A stretch of 54,502 bases of DNA from a virus (taxonomy: Duplodnaviria; Caudoviricetes). Under the pieces are notes generated by a model, which saw only the letters and a list, made by a program, of their open reading frames with translations, did no database searches and was not told the DNA's origin. The stretch lies in the IMG/VR virus record IMGVR_UViG_3300030329_002480, positions 1-54,502 of that record. The stretch is one strand, 5' to 3'. Shown here piece by piece: positions 53,521 to 54,502 of the stretch (position 1 is its first letter; each line of letters begins with the position of its first letter). The translations under genes were made by a program, and so were the position numbers.

Positions 53521-54502
53521 TGGATGAGCCTTGGCTGAACTTGAACATAACAGAACGCATTAAACCTTGGGTGCTTGATGGGTACCTAACTGACTATCAA
53601 AAAGAAGCATGGGACTGGAGCACGAGACGCGCCGGAGCTAACCTGTGGTGGGCCTGCGGTGCGGGTAAGACCTTAGCCGGTTTACTATGGCTAGTTAGTG
53701 GCCCGCACGCCGAGCGTAAGCTCATCGTCACACGAGCCCCCGCGAAAAGCCAGTGGAAGTGTCAGGCCGCGCAGTACACTGACCTAAGGCCCACGGTCAT
53801 GGAGGGCTTCACCAGTGTGTACATTCCCGATGATACCGAGTGCATTATCGTATCGTGGGAGATGCTTAAGCACTGGCTAGAGTCTATCCAGTATTGGTGT
53901 GAGGGGCGGAGACTGGCTATCGTGTGGGACGAGATACACAAAGGGAAGTCGTGGCGAAGAAAAGAAAAGTATGTGACTTTCAAAAACGGTGTGGGTTGGC
54001 GTTACATGGACAATCGAGCAGCGGCAGCGGCACAGTTAAGCGAGCTCGCTAGCCGCCGGCTAGGGCTAACGGCTACACCTATCCGTGACAGGAGAAGTGA
54101 CCTTTGGGCACAACTTGACCTTGTCCAGCCCGGAGAGTGGGGAAGTAATATGCGCTTCATTAAGCAGTACTGCGATGCCTCCCCAAACGAATGGGGTGGG
54201 TGGGATGCTACTGGAGTGAGTAACTGTGCGGAGTTACACGAGAAGTTGACGCGGGTCACGCACCGTGTGTCTTATGCTGAGATGTCCCGCACCCTCCCGC
54301 CAAAGAGGCGTCAGCTTATCTATCTTAGCGCACACGAACAGAACAAGTCCGTGGGGTTCGTGACTGAGTTTAAGAAGCTCAAGTCTGCGGGACAGAAGGC
54401 TAAGTTTGAGATGCAGTTGATGGAAGCGGCAGCACGTAAACGTGCGTGGCTTGTAGAAACAATCCATGACTTACTCACTAGCGGACAGAAAGTGACCGTG
54501 TC
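53520..54502 (+). CDS. SF2/SNF2-like helicase, N-terminal part (about 489 aa when joined to 8-586; missed by the ORF track)
   Basis: LTDYQKE Q-motif, CGAGKT Walker A, WDEIH Walker B, LTATP, DLWAQL. Open to the window end. Confidence 0.9.
   Translation, partial: MDEPWLNLNITERIKPWVLDGYLTDYQKEAWDWSTRRAGANLWWACGAGKTLAGLLWLVSGPHAERKLIVTRAPAKSQWKCQAAQYTDLRPTVMEGFTSVYIPDDTECIIVSWEMLKHWLESIQYWCEGRRLAIVWDEIHKGKSWRRKEKYVTFKNGVGWRYMDNRAAAAAQLSELASRRLGLTATPIRDRRSDLWAQLDLVQPGEWGSNMRFIKQYCDASPNEWGGWDATGVSNCAELHEKLTRVTHRVSYAEMSRTLPPKRRQLIYLSAHEQNKSVGFVTEFKKLKSAGQKAKFEMQLMEAAARKRAWLVETIHDLLTSGQKVTV
54404..54501 (+). repeat. Terminal direct repeat, right copy
   Basis: Identical to bases 1-98. Confidence 0.95.

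Noticed and set aside
1-54502. Alternative genetic code or self-splicing elements
   Set aside because: Standard-code ORFs tile the genome densely with all three stops used, and PolA, TerL and primase show no intron or intein-sized interruptions.

Overview
The window is an apparently complete, circularly assembled dsDNA phage genome of about 54.4 kb. Bases 1-98 are repeated at 54404-54501, and one SF2 helicase gene is split across that junction. The phage looks podovirus-like: no tape measure gene, a portal/adaptor/nozzle tail and large internal proteins. I recognised no integrase, tRNA, CRISPR array or DNA methyltransferase. The + strand arm (50226 through the junction to 7322) carries a DUF932-like protein, an RHH regulator, small Zn-ribbon proteins, the helicase, a Cas4-like nuclease, a Sak4-like ATPase, an SSB-like protein, a UDG-PolA fusion, a mini SMC-like ATPase and an NlpC/P60 hydrolase. 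A long - strand arm (44225 to 7319) runs from an HTH gene and a P4-type primase-helicase through packaging, head, tail and ejection genes. An early-type region (44.8-50 kb) is built from repeated promoter cassettes and includes a (p)ppGpp hydrolase-like gene. Most notable: (1) a short helix, RxxAA[RK][KN]A[LM], at the scaffold C-terminus recurs in at least five unrelated proteins encoded among the packaging genes, suggesting a capsid cargo-loading tag for effector-like proteins; (2) AATT appears absent genome-wide, and CCWGG occurs only twice, 11 bp apart in one small gene; (3) a two-fold symmetric iteron origin candidate with 11 TGTAACA copies; (4) a shared regulatory layout of CCCC-N8-GGGG boxes, 11-bp-period TGTCAA repeats and leader hairpins; (5) a catalytically altered UDG domain on PolA and a gene split at a Shine-Dalgarno/stop/start junction. 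All motif counts were made by eye and all family calls come from motif recognition, without database searches.
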